Shown one piece after another: positions 9,482-17,274 of a stretch of 64,000 nucleotides of DNA. The position numbers and the translations under genes were made by a program. The notes below the pieces were generated by a model that was given only the letters and a program-made list of their open reading frames with translations, ran no database searches and was not told the DNA's origin. The stretch is taken from the NCBI GenBank assembly GCA_020632555.1, contig JACKFI010000008.1, positions 638 to 64,637 on the forward strand, given 5' to 3'. How positions within the stretch are numbered: position 1 is the first letter of the stretch; every line of letters starts with the position of its first letter. This DNA is from Candidatus Omnitrophota bacterium (GTDB lineage: Bacteria; Omnitrophota; Gorgyraeia; Zapsychrales; JANLHA01).

Positions 9482-9964
9482 GTGCAAGAATCCTATCATA
9501 TTCTTAAAAAAACCATTGAGCGGGCTGGTGTGAAGAAAGTCGCACTGCACATGGGTTTGTCTCAGTCTTTGGTTTATAAATGGTGCCAAAAGGCCGCGGA
9601 TGAGGAGTCTTGGCGCCAGGGTGGCGCGGTTAATCCGTTGGATCGCATCAAACAAATTTATGACATGACGCAAGATGTCGAGTTGATCAATTGGATTTGT
9701 CAGATTGCCGACGGATATTTTGTTAAGAACCCTCCGGTTAAGTGTTCGAATCCTGACGCGCATGCTTTAAAAAACATTCAGTTGTTTATTAAGGAATTTT
9801 CACAAGCTTTAGATATCATTTCGAAATCCTATGACAATGACAAAAGAATTGATGTAAAGGAATCTGCCAAGATCAGAAGAGCTTGGGAAGGTTTAAAGCG
9901 CGTGGGAGAGGCTTTTGTTGTGGAATGTGAACATGGTGATTTTAACGGGAAAAACGAACAATGA
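9482..9964 (+). CDS. HTH regulatory protein (phage CII/CP76-like as recalled)
   Basis: The ORF track starts at TTG 9443. The in-frame GTG at 9482 sits 6 nt after AGGAGGA (9469-9475). HTH-like GVKKVALHMGLSQSLVYKWCQ. The stop overlaps the next start (ATGA at 9961-9964). Confidence 0.5.
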   Translation: MQESYHILKKTIERAGVKKVALHMGLSQSLVYKWCQKAADEESWRQGGAVNPLDRIKQIYDMTQDVELINWICQIADGYFVKNPPVKCSNPDAHALKNIQLFIKEFSQALDIISKSYDNDKRIDVKESAKIRRAWEGLKRVGEAFVVECEHGDFNGKNEQ

Positions 9965-10884
9965 GCGATGATCGCGATATTTTTCTTGCTTGTCTTGGTT
10001 TTGGCGGCGGGATTTGGTGGTTTTTCAACGGGTTTAAACTTTTTCGAAAGAAACAATTAATTGATAATATCCCGACGTCCACGGTTCGCGCAATGGCGAT
10101 GGGGTTGGTCGAATTAAGTGGACGAGCTTGTCGTCAAACACCCTTAAAAGCGCCATTTACTCAAGAGGATTGTGTTGCTTATACCTACTTGATTGAACGT
10201 TATGAACGACGAGAAAAATCTAGTTCTTGGGTGACGATTGCCAAGGGCAATAGTTTTCAATGTTCTTTTGATTTAGAGGATGAGACGGGGCGTGTTACGA
10301 TTGTTCCGCATAATGTTGAATTTATTGTGGATGCCGCATATTCATTTACAACGGGATGGGGCAAGGCTCTACCAGTTAATTTAATTAACTTTATGACCAA
10401 AAACAGCATTGCTTATCGAGGACTTTTTGGTAATCACACATTACGCTTTACTGAAAGAAGTATTTGTGCGGGTGATCCGATTTATGTTTTGGGTACGGCA
10501 AAGAAAATTGTGTCAAGCGTGCAGGAACATCAGATTCGCAAGAGTCGGTTGGTTGAGCGTTTAAATGAAGTAAAAAGTGACCCGAAATTTATGGCACAAG
10601 CGGATACGAACAAAGACGGCCATATTAGTGAAGACGAATGGCAGCGGGCGGTATTAAAAGTTGAGCAAGAACTTTTGCAAAATGAAATGAGTCAAGCGAC
10701 GGAAGACATTCCCGACGTGGTCATCGGTCAGGGAGAAACGGAAAAGACGTTTATTGTTTCCAACAAAAGTCAGGAAGATTTAGATCAGAGTTTTGCTTGG
10801 CAAATGATTGGTGGAATTTTGGGTGGGGCAATGGCGACCGTTGTTTGTTTGTGGTATTTATTAGTGCGATTTGGTATTTTCTAA
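9961..10884 (+). CDS. GIDE-domain two-TM membrane protein with an inserted canonical EF-hand
   Basis: 307 aa with N-terminal TM (FLACLGFGGGIWWFFNGF) and C-terminal TM (MIGGILGGAMATVVCLWYLLV). GIDE-type block IPTSTVRAMAMGLVELSGRA...APFTQEDCVAYTY. EF-hand loop DTNKDGHISEDE encoded at 10603-10638. Confidence 0.65.
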   Translation: MSDDRDIFLACLGFGGGIWWFFNGFKLFRKKQLIDNIPTSTVRAMAMGLVELSGRACRQTPLKAPFTQEDCVAYTYLIERYERREKSSSWVTIAKGNSFQCSFDLEDETGRVTIVPHNVEFIVDAAYSFTTGWGKALPVNLINFMTKNSIAYRGLFGNHTLRFTERSICAGDPIYVLGTAKKIVSSVQEHQIRKSRLVERLNEVKSDPKFMAQADTNKDGHISEDEWQRAVLKVEQELLQNEMSQATEDIPDVVIGQGETEKTFIVSNKSQEDLDQSFAWQMIGGILGGAMATVVCLWYLLVRFGIF

Positions 10885-10899
10885 AAAAAGGAGAGGCGT

Positions 10900-11469
10900 A
10901 TGGGATTTGTTATCCTTGCAGTTGTGTTGTTTGTGGTGATCGGCGTCGCGATGTATTTCGTCGGTGTTTACAATGGCCTGATTTTGCTGTCTCGCAATAT
11001 CGATAAAGCGTGGGCTAATATTGATGTTTTGCTCAAGCAGCGTTACGACGAGATTCCCAAACTTGTCAAAGTGTGTGAAGGGTATATGAAGTTTGAAAGG
11101 GAGACTTTGGAAAAAATCACGTTGGCTCGTACCGCCTGTATGGGAGCTAAGTCGGTGGGTGAAACGGCCGCCGCGGAAGGGATGTTGACCCAATCTTTAA
11201 AAACTTTGTTTGCGGTTTCGGAAAATTATCCGGATTTAAAAGCCAATAATAATTTTACGCAGTTGCAAGGCCGCGTGAGTTATTTAGAAAGCCAATTGGC
11301 GGATCGACGAGAGTTTTATAATGATTCGGTCAATACATATAATATTCGCATTGCTTCAATTCCCGATATGTTTGTTGCTAATTCTTTGAACATGACCTCC
11401 CGGGAAATGTTTAAGGTCGCCGAACAAGAACGGCAAGATGTTGAAATCAAGTTCGATTTTCCTAAATAG
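10900..11469 (+). CDS. lemA: LemA family protein
   Basis: 189 aa. N-terminal TM, then YNGLILLSRNIDKAWANIDVLLKQRYDEIPKLV and ...SENYPDLKANNNFTQLQGRVSYLESQLADRREFYNDSVNTYN, typical LemA blocks. SD AAGGAGAGG upstream. Confidence 0.85.
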   Translation: MGFVILAVVLFVVIGVAMYFVGVYNGLILLSRNIDKAWANIDVLLKQRYDEIPKLVKVCEGYMKFERETLEKITLARTACMGAKSVGETAAAEGMLTQSLKTLFAVSENYPDLKANNNFTQLQGRVSYLESQLADRREFYNDSVNTYNIRIASIPDMFVANSLNMTSREMFKVAEQERQDVEIKFDFPK

Positions 11470-11518
11470 TTGCTGTAAAGGGATCAGTGATCAATTGCGT
11501 CCGGTCAAGTTGATTGTC

Positions 11519-11579
11519 ATCCCCGAAAGTTTACCCGCCAATGCTTTGTGGCGGGTTTTTATCGGGGATCCACTTTTTT
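11519..11579 (+). terminator. Nested-hairpin rho-independent terminator after lemA
   Basis: Outer stem ATCCCCGA (11519-11526) / TCGGGGAT (11562-11569). Inner stem CCCGCC / GGCGGG. Followed by CAC + T6. Confidence 0.7.
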
Positions 11580-11602
11580 GGATTCCTGGACAGGGGATTT
11601 TT

Positions 11603-11626
11603 CAATTGTGAGCGCGCTCACAATTG
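11603..11626. promoter_or_regulatory. Perfect 24-bp palindrome resembling a symmetric lac operator
   Basis: CAATTGTGAGCG|CGCTCACAATTG. Each half equals the left half-site of E. coli lacO1 (AATTGTGAGCG). It lies ~85 bp upstream of the CMD-family gene. It is followed by GGTTTTT, so a terminator role cannot be excluded. Confidence 0.45.
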
Positions 11627-11710
11627 GGTTTTTAATTAGTCCTGGTGCCGCAAGACTTAATTCAATTTAAGCGGATTTTTAAGAAGGCAGGAATTTGGTA
11701 AGGAGGGTTG

Positions 11711-12259
11711 ATGCATATTTTACCTAAAGAAATTTCTCAATATCCATTTTATTTAAGATGGGCTTTTCGGTCACAAGAAAAAAAGTTAGGACAGGTTTTG
11801 CTTCCGGGTTTATTTTGGGGAAGGATGCCTTTTTTGAAAATACTTTTTTCACTGTTTTGGGGATATCTTGATCGAAAAAAGTCTATTCTGGACCCGGCCT
11901 TACGGGCAATCGTGCAGGTTCGTGTCGCTCAATTAAATTGGTGTGCGTTTTGCATTGATTATAATGCTATGAATTTGTTGAAGCGGACCAACGCTACGGA
12001 GAAACTTGCTTCTCTCTCGGAATGGAGAACTCATTCAAGTTTTACTGAAATGGAAAGAGTCGCCCTAAATTACACCGAAGAGATGTCTAAATTAGAGGTG
12101 AAGATCTTTGATGATTTGATGAATCGTTTAAAAAAGCATTTCACCGATGATCAGATTGTGGAATTGACGGCCCTGATTGCTTTTCAGAATATGTCGGCAA
12201 AATTTAATGCGGCATTAGATATTCCGTCACAGGGAATGTGCAAGATTTCTAACAAATAG
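11711..12259 (+). CDS. Carboxymuconolactone decarboxylase (AhpD-like) family protein
   Basis: The ORF begins TTG 11708 / ATG 11711, behind GTAAGGAGGG. AhpD-type CxxC in QLNWCAFCIDYNAM. About 180 aa, typical size. Confidence 0.7.
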   Translation: MHILPKEISQYPFYLRWAFRSQEKKLGQVLLPGLFWGRMPFLKILFSLFWGYLDRKKSILDPALRAIVQVRVAQLNWCAFCIDYNAMNLLKRTNATEKLASLSEWRTHSSFTEMERVALNYTEEMSKLEVKIFDDLMNRLKKHFTDDQIVELTALIAFQNMSAKFNAALDIPSQGMCKISNK

Positions 12260-12384
12260 TTCTAAAAATCAGAAGGTCATAAAGGGCTCACGCTTTCTGT
12301 GTTCGGCCATTCAAATGTTTAGGGCGACGCGGCAATCCTCCACTGACCGTCATTTACGTATTTTGCCTGGACTTATATATAAAT

Positions 12385-12439
12385 CAATATTGCCTGGAAT
12401 CCCGGCAATATTGACATTATTGAGCAATCCTGGTATATT
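12385..12439 (+). promoter_or_regulatory. Sigma70-type promoter with overlapping inverted-repeat operator. It predicts a leaderless mRNA.
   Basis: IR CAATATTGCC-N9-GGCAATATTG (12385-12413) overlaps -35 TTGACA (12411-12416). A 17-nt spacer is followed by extended -10 TGgTATATT (12431-12439). The ATG at 12446 is 7 nt after the -10 and there is no SD. Confidence 0.5.
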
Positions 12440-12445
12440 TTCATT

Positions 12446-13411
12446 ATGAAAATACATATTCCCAATAGTGTTTGGCTGGGCAATATTAATCCATTTTTGG
12501 CTAGTTTTGATCCGTCTGATCCTGACTCATTGGACTTAACAGTCAATGAAAAATGGTTTTCGGTGCATCCAGTGGTTTTAGCAATGATCGCGTCTGTGGG
12601 TGTGAATGTTGATGCTTCCCGCATAAGATGCGCCAAACTAGAAGCCAAATCGCGATATTATTTACAGCGTATGGGGCTTTTTCATGCTTTGAAGATTGAT
12701 GGCGGGATGGACGATATTACCGAACATGAACCTGCCGGAAGATTTATCCCTTTAACTCAAATTCATACAGCGGATGATTTAAGTTCGTTTGTAGCGAATA
12801 TGATACCACTGCTTCATTTGCCCGCTGAACATGCCAAAACAATTGGTTATATTATGAGTGAATTGGGGCGCAATGTGATCGAACATGCGCGGACATCCGA
12901 GGGAGCATTTTTGTGTGCTCAATATTATCAGAAAAGTAACACCATTCGTATTGGTATCGCTGACACAGGGATTGGGATTAAAGAAGCGATCAGTCAGTCC
13001 CATAGCGTTAGCACAGATGCAGAGGCCATTCGTTTAGCGTTAACCCCGGGAATCACCGGAGTAACTTCTCGTGAAGGGGGCAATGATGTTAATGCTGGGG
13101 CGGGGCTTTTTTTTATTAAATCTATTGCGCAGGCTAATCGAGATTTTTTTATTTTGTATAGTGGAAGTACTTTGTATAAATTGCTCAAACGAACATCTTC
13201 ATCAAGGTTGCGTCTATTCGCTGATCCGTTTAAAGATAGACATTCTCTTCAAACAGATTTGCCTTATTGGCAGGGAACGATGGTTGGGATTGATATTAAT
13301 TTAGATGACACAAAAGAATTCATTTTGCTTTTAGACGCTATTCATGAAGTGTACATCAAGGCTATTCAAGAACGAAAAAAAGCGAGATATAAAAAAGCGA
13401 AATTTGTATGA
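12446..13411 (+). CDS. GHKL/HATPase-type ATP-binding protein (RsbW/SpoIIAB-like kinase fold)
   Basis: 321 aa. N-box MSELGRNVIEHA, G1 box IGIADTGIGI, G2-like NAGAGLFFIKS. No HisKA or sensor domain seen. Confidence 0.65.
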   Translation: MKIHIPNSVWLGNINPFLASFDPSDPDSLDLTVNEKWFSVHPVVLAMIASVGVNVDASRIRCAKLEAKSRYYLQRMGLFHALKIDGGMDDITEHEPAGRFIPLTQIHTADDLSSFVANMIPLLHLPAEHAKTIGYIMSELGRNVIEHARTSEGAFLCAQYYQKSNTIRIGIADTGIGIKEAISQSHSVSTDAEAIRLALTPGITGVTSREGGNDVNAGAGLFFIKSIAQANRDFFILYSGSTLYKLLKRTSSSRLRLFADPFKDRHSLQTDLPYWQGTMVGIDINLDDTKEFILLLDAIHEVYIKAIQERKKARYKKAKFV

Positions 13412-13704
13412 AAAAAATCAATATCGTTGAATATGTCGGCGCATTTGCAGAAAATAAAGATAAAGCGCGCGCATTGCGTTTGCAAGAGATTGTTCCGGCG
13501 TTAGAACAGGGGCAAGATGTGGTTTTGGACTTTAACGGTGTTGATGCGGCGACACAATCATTTATTCATGCGTTAATTAGTGAAATTTTGCGACAATATG
13601 GATCGGATATTCTGGAACGAATCACATTCAAATCGTGTGTGCCCGCGGTGCGCAAGATGATTGAGATCGTTGTTGAATACACGCAGGAAGGCATGACGGA
13701 TTAA
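13408..13704 (+). CDS. STAS-like small protein (DUF4325-like)
   Basis: 98 aa. The start overlaps the upstream stop (ATGA at 13408-13411). ...QGQDVVLDFNGVDAATQSFIHALISEIL... matches the DUF4325/STAS-like pattern as I recall it. Confidence 0.55.
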   Translation: MKKINIVEYVGAFAENKDKARALRLQEIVPALEQGQDVVLDFNGVDAATQSFIHALISEILRQYGSDILERITFKSCVPAVRKMIEIVVEYTQEGMTD

Positions 13705-13862
13705 GCAAAGGTAAAAAAGGGTGTAGTCACTGTGTTCGCGATCACAGGGGGTTTTATCAATGGGTCCCCATATGCTTGTTTTATATATTTCGATTAATAT
13801 TTTTAAGAAGCAGAATAAATTAGAAAACACAACATTATAAAAAACAGCGATAAGGAGCTTTC

Positions 13863-14651
13863 ATGTCTGAAGAACCAAAGGTGAACTCTGAAGAAGAATT
13901 GCAGTTTGATAAAGCTGTCCCCGCCGTTCAAGCGCAAGGACAAACAACATGTACCCATTGTCAATCTAGTTTGGTTGGAGAGTATTTTGCAATCAATGGT
14001 GATGTGGTGTGCGCATTTTGTAAACAAAGAATTGAGAAAGAGTTTGTTGGCGGAAGTCCTTTTGGCCGGGTAATCAAAGCTTTTGCTTTAGGCATCCCAG
14101 CTGGGATGATTGGCGCTGGAATTTATTATGCGATTAGCGCTTTAACCGGTTATGAGTTTGGCTTGATTTCGATTTTAATCGGTTACATGGTTGGTTTTGC
14201 CGTGCGGCTTGGCGCGCAACATCGTGGGGGACTGCCGTATCAAATCATTGCAGTATTGATTACTTATATGGCGATTTGTTCGACGTATGTGCCACCCATT
14301 ATTGAAGAATGGAAAAAGAGCAGTGCCATCGAAGTAAATGGGCAAAAAAATATTGAGGATGTGACTCAACCTGAAATGTCCGGGTCGGCTAGTGAGACTG
14401 TTCAAATCGATTCAACTGAAGAATCCACGCCGGGAGCAATAACTGCTTCGAATCAACAGGTTCATTTTAAAGCCATCCATTATATCGTTGCTTTTATTTT
14501 ATCGTTGACTATTCCTTTTATGATGGGATTTTCAAATGTTATTGGGATATTAATAATTGCTTTTGGTATATTTCAGGCTTGGCAACTCAACAGAAAAGTA
14601 AAACTTAATTTTGAGGGTCCGTTTGAGTTAAAGACTCCGACAACCGAATAA
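13863..14651 (+). CDS. Zinc-ribbon membrane protein (anti-sigma-like architecture)
   Basis: 262 aa, with SD AAGGAG upstream. N-terminal CTHC-x17-CAFC zinc ribbon, then 3 TM helices, an acidic/Ser-rich linker and 2 more TM helices. Confidence 0.55.
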   Translation: MSEEPKVNSEEELQFDKAVPAVQAQGQTTCTHCQSSLVGEYFAINGDVVCAFCKQRIEKEFVGGSPFGRVIKAFALGIPAGMIGAGIYYAISALTGYEFGLISILIGYMVGFAVRLGAQHRGGLPYQIIAVLITYMAICSTYVPPIIEEWKKSSAIEVNGQKNIEDVTQPEMSGSASETVQIDSTEESTPGAITASNQQVHFKAIHYIVAFILSLTIPFMMGFSNVIGILIIAFGIFQAWQLNRKVKLNFEGPFELKTPTTE

Positions 14652-14661
14652 TTCTTTGACT

Positions 14662-15687
14662 ATGAATAATAATTTCGTAAAAGTTTGTCCACAATGTCAA
14701 ACTCAGATTGCTTGTGGGATTTTGAGTTGTCCAGCGTGTAATTCTTTGATTTTTAGCCAGCAGATCAAAACACTTGCGGCAGAAGCCAAACAATGTATTG
14801 AAGAAGGAAATTCTTTGGAAGGATTGATTCGCTGGCGAAAAGTTCTTGAGTTTTTGCCTCCATCTTCACAGCAATATCGTCTTGTCGAGAGGAAAGTTGA
14901 AGATTTAAGTAAAAAAGTTGATACCCGGGATTTGGAGAAAGCTGAATTTAAAAAACAAAAGATCCCACCAGGTTTGCTGGGATTAGGCGTGGTTGGAGTT
15001 TTTTTGTGGAAGTTTAAGTTTTTATTGGTGATGTTGTTGACAAAAGGGAAATTGCTTTTGTTGGGTTTAACCAAAGCGCAAACATTCTTTAGTATGTTTT
15101 TAACTTTTGGTATTTATTGGACCGTTTGGGGCTGGAAATTTGCTTTGGGGCTGGTTCTTTCGATTTATGTTCATGAAATGGGACATGTTGTGGCTTTAAA
15201 AAAATTGGGGATGCCTTTGTCAGCTCCGGTTTTTATCCCCGGGGTGGGGGCCTATATTCGTCTTAAGCAAACTGTTCTGACCCCGCGTGAAGATGCTCGA
15301 ATTGGTTTGGCTGGTCCGATTGCGGGACTTGTAGCGGCACTATTTTGTTATAGTGCATTTTACGTTACCGGTTGGCACAGTTGGGCGGCCATCGCAAAAG
15401 TCGGAGCGTGGATTAATCTCTTTAATCTGTTGCCGTTTATTCCACTCGACGGGGGGAGAGGTTTTCATGTGTTGAACCAAAAACAAAAATGGATTGCGGT
15501 TTGTGTTGTTGCCGCGATGTGGTTGGCAACCAAGGAAGGGTTGTTGATTCTCTTATTTTTGGGCGGCATCTTTTCTGCGTTGAAAAAACCCAAACACACT
15601 GATTTTGATCAAAGGGCTTTGATTGAGTATTGTCTTTTGGTTATCTTGTTATCAATATTGTCGCAATTGCCCGTCATCACGCCGTAA
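14662..15687 (+). CDS. Site-2 protease (peptidase M50) with N-terminal zinc ribbon
   Basis: The ORF opens at TTG 14656; the first ATG is 14662. CPQC-x10-CPAC ribbon. Polytopic core with HEMGH (SIYVHEMGHVVAL) and a downstream NLLPFIPLDGG motif, both M50 hallmarks. Confidence 0.75.
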   Translation: MNNNFVKVCPQCQTQIACGILSCPACNSLIFSQQIKTLAAEAKQCIEEGNSLEGLIRWRKVLEFLPPSSQQYRLVERKVEDLSKKVDTRDLEKAEFKKQKIPPGLLGLGVVGVFLWKFKFLLVMLLTKGKLLLLGLTKAQTFFSMFLTFGIYWTVWGWKFALGLVLSIYVHEMGHVVALKKLGMPLSAPVFIPGVGAYIRLKQTVLTPREDARIGLAGPIAGLVAALFCYSAFYVTGWHSWAAIAKVGAWINLFNLLPFIPLDGGRGFHVLNQKQKWIAVCVVAAMWLATKEGLLILLFLGGIFSALKKPKHTDFDQRALIEYCLLVILLSILSQLPVITP

Positions 15688-15761
15688 CGGGGCGCAAGAT
15701 AGATTTATTGTATAATTGCTGATATCAAAAATTTTTTCTAGAATAAAGTTGGCGAGGGGAA

Positions 15762-17258
15762 ATGAAATTGTCTTTTAAGAATACAAAAATTGTTTATGTA
15801 TTGTTTATTTTATTTTTTTGTTTATTGGCATATGCTAATAGTTTCCGAAATGTCAATTTTCTCATCGACGATTGGGACAGCATTGTCGATAACGCAAGGC
15901 TTAGCCAACCAAAATATTTATTTTATGAATTCTTTCCAATCGTAGATTCATCTGCTGCGCTACAGCCTTATTATCGGCCGCTGATTTCAGTTGTGTTGGC
16001 GGTTTCCTATTGGATTTGTGGTTTTAATGTTTTGGGTTATCACATTCTAAATTTTATGTTTCTTTGTTTGGCTTGCTTATCGATTTATATCTTTATTGAA
16101 AAATATTTTGAAAATTCTTCGATGGCTGTGATGACAGCTATTTTTTGTGCTATTCACCCATTTAATAGTTATATTGTTAACAATGCTTCGGCTGGTTTTA
16201 GTGCCTTGAAGTTGGCGGTTCTTTGTTGGGCAGCGATTTTTTTTAAATCTTTCCATGACCATCCGGCGCGGAAAGTTTATTTGGTGGTGAGTGTCAGTTT
16301 ATATACACTGGCTTTATTGTTTCATGACAATGCTTTAACGTTTCCACTTTTTCTTTTAGCTTTAAGTTCTGCGTGTTTGAAAAATAACTCCTTGAGTCGA
16401 TTATTTTTGCGGATGAGTCCTTATGTGATTGTTTCTGTGATTTTGTATTTGATTAAGGAATATTGCTCGGGAGATATGGTAAATATATTTGATCATGAGG
16501 CTGTTAGTATTTGGCAATATGGGGCGTCGGTTACCAAGTTAATGGCGTGGTATGTTGAAAAGTTATTTACTGGGGTTGATGTTGTTTTTATTTGGGCAAC
16601 TCATACGGTTGTTACCCATTTAGCGTGGTGGAACATATTGTTATTGCTCGTTATATTGGTATGTGTTCGAATTTGTTTTTTGAAAAAGATAGTTTCTGTT
16701 GTGCGATTTGCGGCGGGAAGTTTTTTGCTTTCTGTTTTTTCTGTGGCCGGCGCTTGTCGTTTTGAACCTGCACATGGATGGATTATCGAACCTTCTTGGT
16801 TGTCTTTTGCGGCGATTGCTTTTTTTGCTGGCATAAGTTTTACGCTTTTAAAGATTCGAGAGATCTTTCCTAAGTTTATTTTTGTTTTGATCTTCTCCGC
16901 CTATGTTGGTACGTTACTCTTTAATAGTTGGGCGTTAAATCAGGTGTGGGCAACGGAAGAAAGATATTGCATGTTTTGGGCAAAACAAGTGCCAGGATTC
17001 ACGACTCCTTTAAGCTATTTGGCTTCCCATTATATGAGAGAAGGGGATGAGGTCAAAGGAGAAGTCGTTCTGCGAGAAGCTCTCAAAGAGTCTCAGCAGC
17101 CGATTTTGTTATATAAATTGGGAATGATTTATTATGAGCGTCAAGAATTCGATCAGGCAAAGCTATATTTTGAACAAGCGCGGATATTAGCTCCGGAATC
17201 AAAAACACTTCGATTTTTACTTGAGCAGATTGAAGAAATTAATGGTGGGAAATTTTAA
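15762..17258 (+). CDS. GT-C-like polytopic membrane protein with C-terminal TPR (PMT_2/ArnT-like)
   Basis: 498 aa, about 11 TM helices. C-terminal TPR-like YKLGMIYYERQEFDQAKLYFEQARILAPES. Confidence 0.55.
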   Translation: MKLSFKNTKIVYVLFILFFCLLAYANSFRNVNFLIDDWDSIVDNARLSQPKYLFYEFFPIVDSSAALQPYYRPLISVVLAVSYWICGFNVLGYHILNFMFLCLACLSIYIFIEKYFENSSMAVMTAIFCAIHPFNSYIVNNASAGFSALKLAVLCWAAIFFKSFHDHPARKVYLVVSVSLYTLALLFHDNALTFPLFLLALSSACLKNNSLSRLFLRMSPYVIVSVILYLIKEYCSGDMVNIFDHEAVSIWQYGASVTKLMAWYVEKLFTGVDVVFIWATHTVVTHLAWWNILLLLVILVCVRICFLKKIVSVVRFAAGSFLLSVFSVAGACRFEPAHGWIIEPSWLSFAAIAFFAGISFTLLKIREIFPKFIFVLIFSAYVGTLLFNSWALNQVWATEERYCMFWAKQVPGFTTPLSYLASHYMREGDEVKGEVVLREALKESQQPILLYKLGMIYYERQEFDQAKLYFEQARILAPESKTLRFLLEQIEEINGGKF

Positions 17259-17274
17259 AGAGAGAGGATATTCT

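Noticed and set aside
11603-11626. lacO-like palindrome as cloning-vector contamination
   Set aside because: The sequence is not natural lacO1 or the standard symmetric operator (two extra central bases). The flanks show no lac promoter, lacZ-alpha or polylinker. The surrounding genes are contiguous native-looking sequence.
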